Assembly: GCA_004431415.1 (NCBI GenBank)
Contig: QPMI01000078.1
Coordinates: forward strand, 183,455 to 247,454
From: Cyanophora paradoxa CCMP329
Taxonomy: Eukaryota > Plantae > Glaucophyta
DNA: 64,000 bases
Direction of reading: 5' to 3'
Shown here: positions 24,311 to 35,500 of the stretch, piece after piece
Position numbering within the stretch: the stretch's first letter is position 1
Layout of the letters: every line of letters begins with the position of its first letter
Notes under the pieces: model-generated
Told to the model about the DNA's origin: nothing
Databases searched by the model: none
The model's input: only the letters and a program-made list of their open reading frames with translations
Made by a program: the position numbers and the translations under genes

Positions 24311-24823
24311 GGTGAGACTAAGCCTGCGGCCGGAAACAGGAAATGACGATCAAACAATCTGTAGTTGCATAACAAACGGGGATTTTGTCGCTGAGATCGG
24401 CTGCATGGCAGGGCAGGAGTGCGCTCGCGATCTATGGACCGCCGATTGCCTAAGAGAGGCCAATCGTTGCTATACGGCCTCTTTATCTGTTCCAGCGCCC
24501 GCCGCGTGCGCCGCGTGGGCGGGGGAGACGGGGGCACGAGGCAAAACTCACCGCTAAGACTGCCGGTACCCCCGTCCGCGCTTGTACCCGGGCAGAGGTT
24601 GGAAAAAACCCATGGCCGAGCTTAAGCGCGCAGGGCGGCACTATAGCGCTGCAGCGAAGCGCAAATTGCGCCCGCGTACACATGCGTCGAGCTCGAGGGC
24701 AAGGACCCGTACGCGTGGCCAAGCTGCGAGGCTCGAGCCGCCCGCTCGAAATCGATGCGAGCCCTAGTTATCTTACATATGCAATACATAAGCTACGTAT
24801 AACGCGCAGCGGCTGCACTAGGA

Positions 24824-27800
24824 CTAGTTCGCGAGGAGGCGGGCGTCGCGGCCGGAGCGGCGGGCGGACCAGTAGGCGATCTGGTGCCAAGAGTCGGCGC
24901 CGTAGGAGGGCTTGAGGGCGGCGTAGAGCGGGAGGTCGCAGCCGGAGGGGACGGGCGGCTCCTCGAGGCTCGCGGCGACGCTGGTGCCGGCCGTGGCGGG
25001 GATGCGCCAGCGAGGCTCGGGGGGGGCGTGCGCCACGGCGGCGACCTCTGCGGCGAGGAAGGAGGCGCTGGGGTGGAGGCGGGCGGCGGCGGCGGCGGCG
25101 GCGCGGCGGAGGGCGCGGATGCGGCGGTGGCTCTCGGGGAAGACGGCCGCGATCGCCAAGGTCGCCCGGTACATCGACTCCGCCCGCCGGTACGTCTCCA
25201 GCGCCTGCGCGGGAGGAGAGGACGGGCCCGGCTCAGCTCGGCGACGGCGAGGGGTACACGGAAGGGAGGGCGGAGTGCGGGGTGAGGGGAGGGGGGGGTA
25301 CCTCCTCGTACTTGCCGTCGAGCATGTAGATGTTCCCGATGTTGAAGAGGATGTGGGCCAGCTGCAGAGGGGCACGTGTCAGCGCTGTGGGGTACGGGAA
25401 GAAAGGAGGGGGGAGAACCGACCCGGGGCGTGTGTGAGTCGCGGGTGAGCCACTGCGAGCGGACGGACGGCATGTGAGCGAGGGGCGGCGCAGGCGGAAG
25501 CGGGCAAGCAAGTAAGCGGAGCGGGGGTACACTTGCTCGCCTCGACGATTGAGTAGATGACGCGGAAGATGCGGATCACGTGACTCAGGCGGAACCCGTC
25601 AGGCCGCCACACCAACGCCCCCACTGCCCGAGCCGAGGCGCGGCGCGGCGCGGCGTAAGGAAGGAGAGGAACGGGGGAAGAAGAAGGGGGCGGGGCGGGG
25701 CGGGCGGGCGGGGCGGGGCGGGGCGGGGGCGGACGCCAGGAGAGCTCGTCGAACTCGCCGCTGGAGAGCTCGCAGACGAGGTCCAGCTCGAGCGCCGCCT
25801 CCAGCTGGCGGAACGCCTGCACGAACGACGCTGCGCCCCGCCCCGCCCCGCCCCGCCCCGCGCTCAGCCGCAGCGGGGAGCGGGGCGGGGCGGAGCGGGG
25901 CGGGGCGGGGCGGGGCGGGGCTGGCGCACCGCGGGTGCACTCGAAGACGAACAGGGACTTGTGTATGCCTGCGTAGGGGCGGGGCGGGGCGGGCGGGTGC
26001 GCGCGCCCGTGTTAGGGGCGAGCGGGGCGGGCGGGCGCCGCGGAGTCGGCCAGTTCATCGGAAGCTGAGCCGCGCACGGGAGGCGTGGAGGGTGTAGAAG
26101 GGGTCGCCGCCGGAACGGGCCACGAGCTCGTGTGCCACAGAGCAGGCGCGGCGGTAGTACTCCAGCGCCTCCTCGACGCCGCCCTCGTGCCAGCTCAGGA
26201 AGCCTGCTCGCTCGGAAAGCCTGCTCAGAGATAGAGATCTGGGGCGACAGGGGAAAGAAAGAGAGGAGGGCACCGAGGGTCTGCATGCAGGTTGCGCGGA
26301 AGTGGAGGTCGTCGGTCGTCTCCTCGAACCTGCGCGCGGGGCCGCGCGGGGCGGGCGCGGCGTCAGCTCGAAGAAAGTCCGCGGTTCTCGGGGGAGGAAG
26401 GAGGAGCCCGGGGCAGGGCGGGAGAGGAGAAGCCCGGAGGAAGAAAGAAAAAAAGCTAAGCTCCTTCGTCGGGTCTGCAGCAGTGGGAAGAGCAAAGCGT
26501 AGCGCACCAGTAGAGCTTCTCGGCGAAGTGCGCGGCCATGTCCGCCCGCTCCAGCAGCACTGCGGGAAGGAAGCTAAGGGAGAGAGGAGGAGGAGGAGAA
26601 GGACGGGGCGAGGCGGGCGGGGCGGGCGGGGGCTTGAGAGACGGTTCAAGAGAAGTAGAAGAGGAGGAGGAGGAGCCCTGCACGCTCGCGAGCTCGCTCG
26701 CCCAGCTAGCGCCTCCGCCACGCCCGCGAAGGAGCTAGTTTCCTCGCTTCCATCCTACCGCACGCCCAAAGAGAAAGGCGGTGGAGGGCACGAGCCACGC
26801 AGTGGAGTCGGAGGCGGGCGGGCGGGCGGGCGGGCGGGCGGTGTTCCCTCTAGCTAGCCAGCCGCCCCGGAGAGCGCGCGGCGCGCGCAGAGCGGACACG
26901 GACCGTGGAGCTCGACGAGCTCGCGGAGGCATTCGGCCTCGAGGCGGTGCGGGAAGGCCTCCAGCCGCAGCAGCGCGTCCCACGCCTCGAACTGCGCGCG
27001 CGGGGCGGCCGGCCGGCCGGCTCGGTTCGGTTCGGTTCGTTCGGGTCGAGTGGTACTAGGCTCGTCTCTCGCACGCGCTTGTCCAGCTTCCTCCCTCTCC
27101 CTCTCCCTCCCTAGCTCTCTTTCTAGCGCTCGCCGCGCCGCGCCGCGCCGCGCCGCGCCGCGCACCTGGCACTCGAGGGCGGCGCGGAAGTGGCCGTGCT
27201 GCCGCAGCGTGATGGCCAGCCGCATGCGCGCCTCCACCCACAGCATCATCGACGCCGCCAGCGGGCCGGGGCCCGTCCCCGGCCGCGCGGCCCCGACCCC
27301 CGCCCGCGCCGACGCGACGGCCGCGTCGGCCGTCTCGCGGGCCTTCTGGTGGAGCGCGAGGGCCTCTTCGAGGGTGATCAGGCCGAGGTCGGCCGAGGCG
27401 AGCGTATAGTCCGACGTGAAGCAGAGCACGGCGTTCCACACGTTCTCGCACGCCCGCGCCGCGTCCTCCACGGCCCCGTCGTAGCTCGCGGGGGCCGAGA
27501 GCAGCGCCGTCGCGAGCGAGGTCACGACGCCCTCGACGGAGGGCCCCGCGAAGAGCGGGCGACCCCGCGCCGCCCCCTGCCGAGGAGAAGTCAGCGAGAC
27601 GAAGGAGAAGAAGAAGAAGAAGTCGAGAAGCGGGTACCCGGGCGGCCTCGTGGAGGCGTACGAGCTCGAGGAGGCGTCGGGTGCGGAGCCAGCCGGCGCG
27701 GGTGCGGAAGAGGGCGGTACCCAGCACGCGGGGGTCACCCAGCAGCACCCCCAGGGCCGCCCCGGCCTCCGCCGCCTCCGCGTCCGCCACTTGCCTCTGC

Positions 27801-29659
27801 GGCGGTTCGATCGATCTTAGCGGAAGACGGGCGCCGGCGCGGGCGCGGGCGGACCAGGAGCTCGGCCTCCTCGTCCGGGGAGAGGCGGTAGGGCGGGCGA
27901 ACGGCCGCGAAGGAGAAGGAGACCGCCGCGGGGGGCGGCCGCGGGCCGTCCGGCGCAAGCGCCGCCTGGGGGTACGAGAGGGGAGGGGTGGCGGGCCCGG
28001 CGGCGCCTCCGGGGCCCCAGGAGAGGCTGCGGGGCCTCGGCTCGACGGAAATGGCGGCGAAGCGGGCGAAGAGCTGCTCTAAGGGGTCGGCCTTGGGAAG
28101 AAGGGCGGGCGCCGTGAGAGGGGCCAGCGCCAGCGCCGCCGCCTCGTCCGCCGGCTCCGGGGGCGGCTGCTGAGGCGCGCCGAGATCGCCGTTGGAGGCG
28201 CGGCGGCGCCAGCTGCGGGCCTCGCCCTCCACGACCAGACCGACGATGCGCCGCTCGAGCTGCGCCACGATGTCGGGGGCCGGCGGGCCCCGCCGCTGCT
28301 GCTGCTGCTCGGCGCCGCCGCTGGCGCTCGCGTCGGAGCCGTAGGATGAAACGAGGGACGGGAGCGCGGAGGAGGAGGAGGACGGGGGCGGCGACTCGGG
28401 CGAGGGGGGGCCGAAGAGCGCGCGGAAGGCCAGGGCGGCGCTCTCGAAGAACGTGGGGGAGGGCACGTTGTTGCTGTAGCTGCAGCCGGGGCTGTTAACG
28501 TCGTTGGAGGCGGTGCTGGCGTAGGCGGCGGTGTTGGGGGCCGCGCCGCCGGGCCCGGGCCCCGGCCCCGGGGGCGGCCTCGCCGCACCCTCATCCTCCT
28601 CCTCCATGCCCTCTGTGGTCGGGGGCGATCCGTCCGTCCGCGCCCGCTTCGAAGCGCCCGGCTCGTCGCCGGGACCCGGACCGGGGCCGGCGCCGGCGCC
28701 GGCGCCGGATTCAGACTCGCCGGCGCCGGCGTCGGGTTCCTGGGCCGGCGTCGGCGTTCGCCGGCGGCGGGAGGGCGCGGCCGGCTCCGCCGCGCCGTCG
28801 CCCCCCGCGGCTTCCGGGCGGGCGCCGCCCCTGCGCCGGCGCGGGCTGCGAGCGGGAGGAGGAGGAAGGTGCGGCGTCGCCCCCGGCGGGTGTGCTGGCG
28901 CCGGCTCCGGCGGCGGCGCCGGCGGCGACCGGGGGAGGGCGGGAGCGGACGGTGGCGCGGATGCGGGCGCCGCTGTCGCGGCCCGTGTCGGCGTCGACGA
29001 TTCGGATCTGGAGCCAGCAGCTCCGGTGGCAGTGGCGGCACGCGCTCATCTGGAAGGGCACAGACTCGCCGAACCGGTCGATCTCGCTCACCAGCGCATC
29101 GTACCCCGCGCCCTTGTCGTCCCGCAGCGGCGCGTACCCCGCCTCTCCGCAGCACCCGCGCGGCACCTTCTCGCCCGTGTCTGCAGCGGCGGCGTCAGGG
29201 GCGCCGTGGCTCTCGCGGGACGGCTGGCGGCGGGCGGCACCGCAGCGGACGAGCTCGATGCGGATCCTTCGGCCGACCCAGGACGACATCCCTTTGTCCT
29301 TCGCTCTGAGGCGGTACTTCCGGCTCTTGTACACCTGCAATCGCGGCGCGCGCGGGGGAACTCTGTCGGCGGGCCGGACGCTCGGCGCTGCGGCCCGCTC
29401 AGGCGCGACGCACGTTATCGTGGCAGCAGACTTGACGCCCGTCATCGTCGACCTCGACTTGGTACTCCAGGTTCTTGAAGAGCTGCAGGTTCGCGCTGCG
29501 CGGTGCGCTTCGGCGAACGGGCCAGTTCGGAGCGCCGCGGCGTCCAGCGCACCTCGCTGTGTCCTGGATCCTCAGAGACTGCCGTTGAAGGAGTTCGAAC
29601 GGGAAGGCATCGCCGGAGTGCATCGCAGCGAGAGCCCCGGTGGGGCTCGTGCGCTTCAT
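24824..29659 (-). CDS. Hypothetical protein: N-terminal Cys/His-rich beta domain, low-complexity linker and C-terminal TPR-like repeats
   Basis: Exons VYKSRKYRLRAK...RIRIELVRCDTGEKVPRGCCGE...FQMSACRHCHRSCWLQIRIVD. TPR-like segments ARMRLAITLRQHGHFRAALECQ, AGFLSWHEGGVEEALEYYRRA and LAHILFNIGNIYMLDGKYEEALETYRRAE. The start codon and the single-gene interpretation are uncertain. Confidence 0.6.
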
Positions 29660-30106
29660 CTAGAGCTCGGAGGCCGGCGCATCCGCGGGCGCGGGGACGA
29701 ACGCCCGCACGGCCGATGCTAGACTATCTAAGCCTCCCAGCTCCGGTCCCGTTGCGCCGGGGAGAAGCGCGGCTGATCCAGACACACCGGATCGTGGTCC
29801 AGTGGGGCAGACGTCGTCGAGCTCGGGCCGGCGGATCCTCAAAAGCTGTTTACTGGCGTGAATATGGCCTTGCTAAAAAGGGCAGAAGGCCTCGCTGTGA
29901 ATCGCCGAACAGTAAGCCTTTGTCCGCAAAGCGGGGGCGCGTTGCGGTGTGCTCCGCAATGGCGCGCGTCGAACGTGTGCTACGGGCTTCAGCGACAGCA
30001 CTGAACAAAACACGGCCTGTGCTTTAGAGAGCTAAAGCGAACTCCGCAGGGAGTCAAACGCCAGGTGAACACCCGTACCCCGCCAGACCTCCACCCCCCC
30101 AAGGCG

Positions 30107-31428
30107 ATGTTCGTGCCTGGGCTTCCAGTGCCGTCGGCCGCCGCCGGGGCGGTCGTCGCCGGCCCCAGCACCGCCAGATCCGCCTCCACGCCCGCCCCGG
30201 CTGCTCGGCAGCCGCGGCGCGAGATCCGGCCGCAAAGCGCTTCAGCGAGCCGGTCGAGCGCTTCGGCATTCTGGGGCGTGCAGCGTTCGTTCGAGCCGGC
30301 AGTCCGGCGACCCACGTCCACTGACGCCCTGCACGCCCCGTCTCTCGAGTCGGCGCCCACCACGTGCGAAGTCCAGTCCGCGCGAAACAACGACGTGCTG
30401 CACAAGTCGGACGACGGGCGGTTCCTCGTGCGGCTGGCGTCGGAAGCCGACCTCGACGGCATCGTGCGCTCACCGCGGCCCCACGCGGGTAGCGCCTTCA
30501 CGCGGTTCGACAGGCGGAGGTCCGCGCGAATGCGTTCTTCAAGGAAGGCGAGGCCGACACGAACGAGTACTTCTACGGCCAGGTCGGCGCAGGCGCCGCG
30601 CTCATCGGCGTGCGGCTACCGCCGACGCGTCGTCGGCGCGCAGACGCGGGACGAGTTCAGGGACGTGGTCGCGCAGCGCCTGACGCAGCCGACGATCTTC
30701 ATCCTCGTCGCGATCGTGCGTGGAGCGCGCCGGCGCGCCGCCCGCGCCGCTTCGCGCGGCCGCCGACCGCCGACCGCTTCGCCGGCGCAGGACACGCGGC
30801 CGTCCGAAGAGCCGGCGGTTGCGCCGACGAGCCCCGCGCTCGTCGTCGGCACGGCGGACGTCGAGATGCTTGCCGCGCGCAAGCCCGCGCTCTGGGACCC
30901 GGAGGCACGCGCGCCCCGCCCGCCCGGGGCGCAACGCCGCCGCCGCCGCCGCTGCCGCCGGCTGACGCCGCCGGCGCAGAGCCTGCCTTTCCGGGGGTAC
31001 GTGAGCAACATGTCGGTGCTGCGGCCGTACCGGCGGCGGGGCCTGGGCCGGCTGCTCCTGCGCGGCTGCGAGCAGACCGCCATCGAGCAGGGCTCCGACC
31101 ACCTCTACCTCCACGGTCCGATCCTCCGCCCCGCCGCCCCCCCCCCCCCCCCCCCCCGCCCCTTACCGCGTACCCCCCCGGGCAGTGATGGAGGACAACG
31201 AGGGGGCGCTGCGGGCGTACGAGCGCTCGGGCTTCTCCATAGACAAGTACGAGTCGGGTATCGCCAAGTGCGCCATGCAGCGCGCGCGCGGCGCAGGGCC
31301 CGCCCGCGAGGCGGAGCGTCCGAGCGTCCGAGCGTCAGCCCTCGACTGACCCGCCGGCCGCCCGCTCCCGCAGGATCCTGAGCCAGCCGCGGCGCATCCG
31401 CATGAACAAGGAGTGCGGCTCCGCGTAG
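30107..31428 (+). CDS. GNAT-family N-acetyltransferase with putative plastid transit peptide
   Basis: Acetyl-CoA-binding motif A YVSNMSVLRPYRRRGLGRLLL and motif B LYLHVMEDNEGALRAYERSGF. The N-terminal extension is Ser/Ala/Arg-rich and starts MFVPGLPV. Confidence 0.88.
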
Positions 31429-32507
31429 GGCCCGGCCGCGCGCCCCGCCGGCGGGGGAGGCGGCCGCCGAAGCCAAAGAAGAAGAACAAGAAGAAGAAGA
31501 AGAGGAAGAGGGCCCCGCCCCCGCCCTCCGAGGCTCGTGTACGTTAGCAGCCAGTGGCCCAGCGAGGCGGCCGCCGAAGCCTCGAAGAAGAAGAAGATGA
31601 TGATGATGAAGACTAGGGCCCCCCCCCCCTCTACCCCCTCTACTACTAGGCTACGAGTAGCTGTAGTCCTCTACCCCCCCGTCAGCTTGGGGCGTCTCCC
31701 AGGTCGCGGGGCTTCCCCCCTGGCTGATCATGATCATATGAGTCAGGCCTGCCAGGCTAGGGGCCAGTGACAGTGACAGTGACCCCCTACTAGGCTAGTT
31801 GTTGGCCCCGCGGCTGCCCTTGGGTCTGCCCCCTTGCTTTTTATTAGACGGGCCCCTTTTTGAGCCTTTTGGGTAGCGCTAGCCAGGTAGCAGGTCCAGT
31901 GGTCCAATTGCAAAGCCATGGCCATGGCCATGGCCAGTTCTTTGAAAATCTAATGGACTATCAGTGCTAGCTCTACGCCATTAATTTAAACCAAAGAACT
32001 GGCGCCTGCCCGGACGATCAATCCACGGCCCAGCAAGGGGCGTATACGTATGACCATAAAGTCAAAATTCAGCGCCCCATCATTATCTTGATTAAATTTC
32101 GAATTCGGAATTCACGTCTACAAAGTTTCACAGTCTATACTAAAGCGGCATAAAAGAGCAATACTACTCGGTGACTCCTAATTGCAGCCTCAAGGTCTCT
32201 AACTCGACTAAGACTAACGCAAGAACCTGAGACTCTCATCATACGATGATAATTTGAGATCATCGACATCGGATCTCGAATAAAATACAGCCGTCGTCGG
32301 GATAATCCGCGACTGGTCCTAAGACTCTATAACGACACGAAGTAATAGACAACCAATAATAAACTATGGCACTCTGGCTTTGGCCGGTTGATGCGAAGGC
32401 AGAGCAGGCAGGGCGAGCTCACACGCTCTCAAAACTGCGGGTACCGGTCGGTCGACGGCCTGGAGGGGCCTATAATTAGATCCTAGCCTGGCGCGCGGGG
32501 TAGCAGG

Positions 32508-35500
32508 CTACTCTGTGAACGACGGCCGCGGGGAGGCGCGGGGCGGGCGCGGGGCGAGGCCCGGGGAGCTGAGCGGCGCGGGGGCCGAGGCGGCGGGAGC
32601 GAGGAGAAGAAGAGTGGGGTCCGAGCCGAGGGGCCGGGGCGGCGGCGGGGTCGAAGCGGCGCTGCCCAGCGCGTGACCGTCGAGGGGCGAGGCAGGCGGG
32701 ACAGATCTAGAGGCGCGGCCCGGGGAGGGAGTGGCCGGGGAGGCATGCGGGCCCGGGGACGCGGCGCCCCGGCCCGGGGAGGGGGGTACCACCGCGAAGG
32801 CTGGCGCGACCAGGCCGCCGGAGCGGGGCGGGGCGGGGGCGGGGCGGGGCGGGGGCGGCGCCGGAGGGGTACAGCGCCACGGGGGCGGAGGCGGCGGCGG
32901 GGAGGGGCGGGGCGGAGGGGGCGGGGGCGAGGCGCGGGGGCTCGGAGGCGGCGGGGGGTAGGGCGAGGGCGAGGGCGTCAGGGGGTAGAGGGGAGACGGA
33001 GACGGAAGAGGAGCGGCGGCCGAAGCGGGCGGGGGAGGCCCCCCCGGACCCGGAGCCGTTCGCCTCGGCGGGGGCGCGGCCGCGCAGGAGGAGCATCCCG
33101 AGGAGGCGCTCGTCAATAGCCGAGCGGGGCGACTGGGCGGAGGCGGAGGCGGAGGCGGCGGAGGGGGAGTCGGGGGGTACCCGATTCGGAGAGGGCCCCC
33201 GGATCCACTGGGCGGCGCGCAGGTCTGCCAGGGAGGAGAGGAGGCCGGCCTCGGCGAGGCGCCGCCGCTCGGCGCGGGAGAGGCCGGCGAAGGGACCGAA
33301 ACCCGCCTCCGCCGCGCTCTCCCAGTCTTCTTCGAGGGGCGCCGGGCTCACCACGGCGGAGCCGCGGCGTCGACTCCCCGGCCCTGTCGGGCGCGGGGAT
33401 GGGTCGAAGGCGGCGCCTTCGAGCGAGTCTTCGGAGGCGACGGAGTTGGAGCGCTCGGCGCGGCGGGCCGCAGCCGGCGACGGGGCCGGCGAGGCGCGCC
33501 GGGGCGCGGGGCCGGAGAGGGGGACGGCGAGGAGGCCCGAGGCGGGGGCCTCGTAGCCCAGCTCGCGGACCGAGATGTTGGGCAGCGAGCCGATGCGGCG
33601 CCGCGCGGCCAGCCGCGGGTGCGAGGGCGAGGGCGAGGGCGCTGCTTCGCCGCCGCCGCCGCCGCTGTTGTTGTTGAGGGGCGGCGGCGAGGGCGGCGGC
33701 GGCTGCTGCTGTGGGCCGCCGCCGGGAGCGGCGCCCGGGCGCGCGCGGCTGGGGCTGGGGGGGTGCAGGAAGATAGGGGGCGCGAGCCGCTCGCGATCGG
33801 GGGCGCGGCGGGGGCAAGCCCTTCCGCCTCGGGCGGGGCCGGGGCGTCCGGGGCGAGCCAGGCGGGGCGGGCTCCGAGGCCCATGGCAGCAAGGCCGCCG
33901 CCGCCCTCCTCCTCCGCGGAGACCAGAAGCTCGTCCTCGTCGGGTCTGGGGCTGGGCGCCGGGCCTGGCGCGTGCACCACCGGCAGGGAGGCCGAGCGAC
34001 GCCACGCGCCCGGCCGCCGGCCCCGCCCGCCGGCGACGCCACGGGCCGGGGACGTGGGGACGGCCCCTCGCCGCCGTGGGCGGGGGACGGGCCCGGGGCG
34101 AGGAAGAAGAGAGCCGGGGGAGCGGGAGGAGGCGCGCGGGGCGCTCCAGTCGAGGGCGGGGTTCGAGCTCGTGCCGGGGCCGAGGGGGCGACGAGCGCGG
34201 CGCGCCCGCGCGGCGAGTCCGGCGCGGGGGGCGCGCCGCCGACGCGTGGGGACGGCCCGGCGCCTCCGCCGCCGCCGAGGACGATGGACGAGCGCCGGGG
34301 GGCGATGGAAGACCCGGGGCGCCCCTCGGGGGCCGTACCCGGGGCCGTCGTCGGCTCGTCGTACCCCTCGGGGCCCAGCGACGCCCGCCAGTCGCCCTCC
34401 GAATCCGGCGAGGGGGTACCGGCGCCGCGCACGGCCTCCTCGGGGGGAGGCCGGAAGCCCCCCACGGGCAGCGGCTCGAGCCTGCTAGCAGAGCCGGGGC
34501 GCGGGGGCGTCTGCGGCGTGCGCGGGGGCGTGCGGGGGGGCGTCCGCGCCGTGCCAGCAGCAGCAGCCGCCGCCGCAACCTCAGCGGCGGCGACCCAGGA
34601 AGAGGGGTCGAGGATAATGGAGCTGGGGCGGGCCGAGGCGAGCGGCCGGGGCGAGGCGGCCGCCGAGACGCCCCCGCGGGCGTCGGACTGCAGCTCGGGC
34701 GTCCCCGGCCCGTCGGAGCCGCCCGCCGCCGACGCGTCCGACGAGGCGGGCGGTGAGGCCGCCGAGTCGAGCAGAACGAGCGCCGGCGGCGGCGGCTGCG
34801 GCGGCGCCGCCCCTGCCCCCGGTCCCGTGCCGCCGCCGCCGAGCCGCACGCGCCTTCCAGGCCGGACTCGTCGGCCGCCAGCTGCAGCTGCAGGCTCTCC
34901 GCCCGTCCCTCGCTGCGCGCGCGGACGGAGATCATGAGCGGCGCCGGCTAAAGTAAGGGGCCGCCGGGCGGGGCGGGGCGGGGCGGGGCGGGGCGGGGCG
35001 GGGCGGGGCGCGCCTCTCGGCCTTGTCGTCATTGTCTCGTCCTAGCGAGCTTGAGGAGGCCTGGCCGGCGGGCGGCTGGGCCGGCTTGACCTCAAGCTTG
35101 AGCTTCCCCCGCCCGGCCCGCTTGGCGGCCGGGATCGTCTCGATCTGCTTCTGGATGATCCGCTGTCCAACGAACAGATCAGAGGCAAGAGAGAGGAGAG
35201 GGCGGGGGGGGGGGGGGGGGGGGGGGGTAGGCGAACGTTGAGGAGGGCGCGGGGGGAGAAGGCGCGGCGGAGGAGGGCGAGGGAGGGGCGGAGGCCCAGC
35301 GGCCGCAGGCTCGCCACCGCCGTCGAGACCGCCTGCGGGGCGGGAGGCGTCAGCTGCAGAGCAAGGGGGAGCAGGCGGGCGGGCGGGGGCGGAGCAGGCT
35401 ATACGCCGCAAGCTTCTTGAAAACTGTAGGCGGGGCGGGGCGGGGCGGGGCGGCGCGCACGATGACGAGGAGGCGGAGGGAGCGGAGCTGGTTGAGGACG

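Noticed and set aside
32508-35000. Several frameshifts in the FN3 gene tail (also in VPS11 and near 42000-42700) as programmed frameshifting or pseudogenisation
   Set aside because: They fall in or near G/C homopolymer runs and differ between duplicate copies, which is typical of long-read indel errors. They cannot be judged without raw reads.
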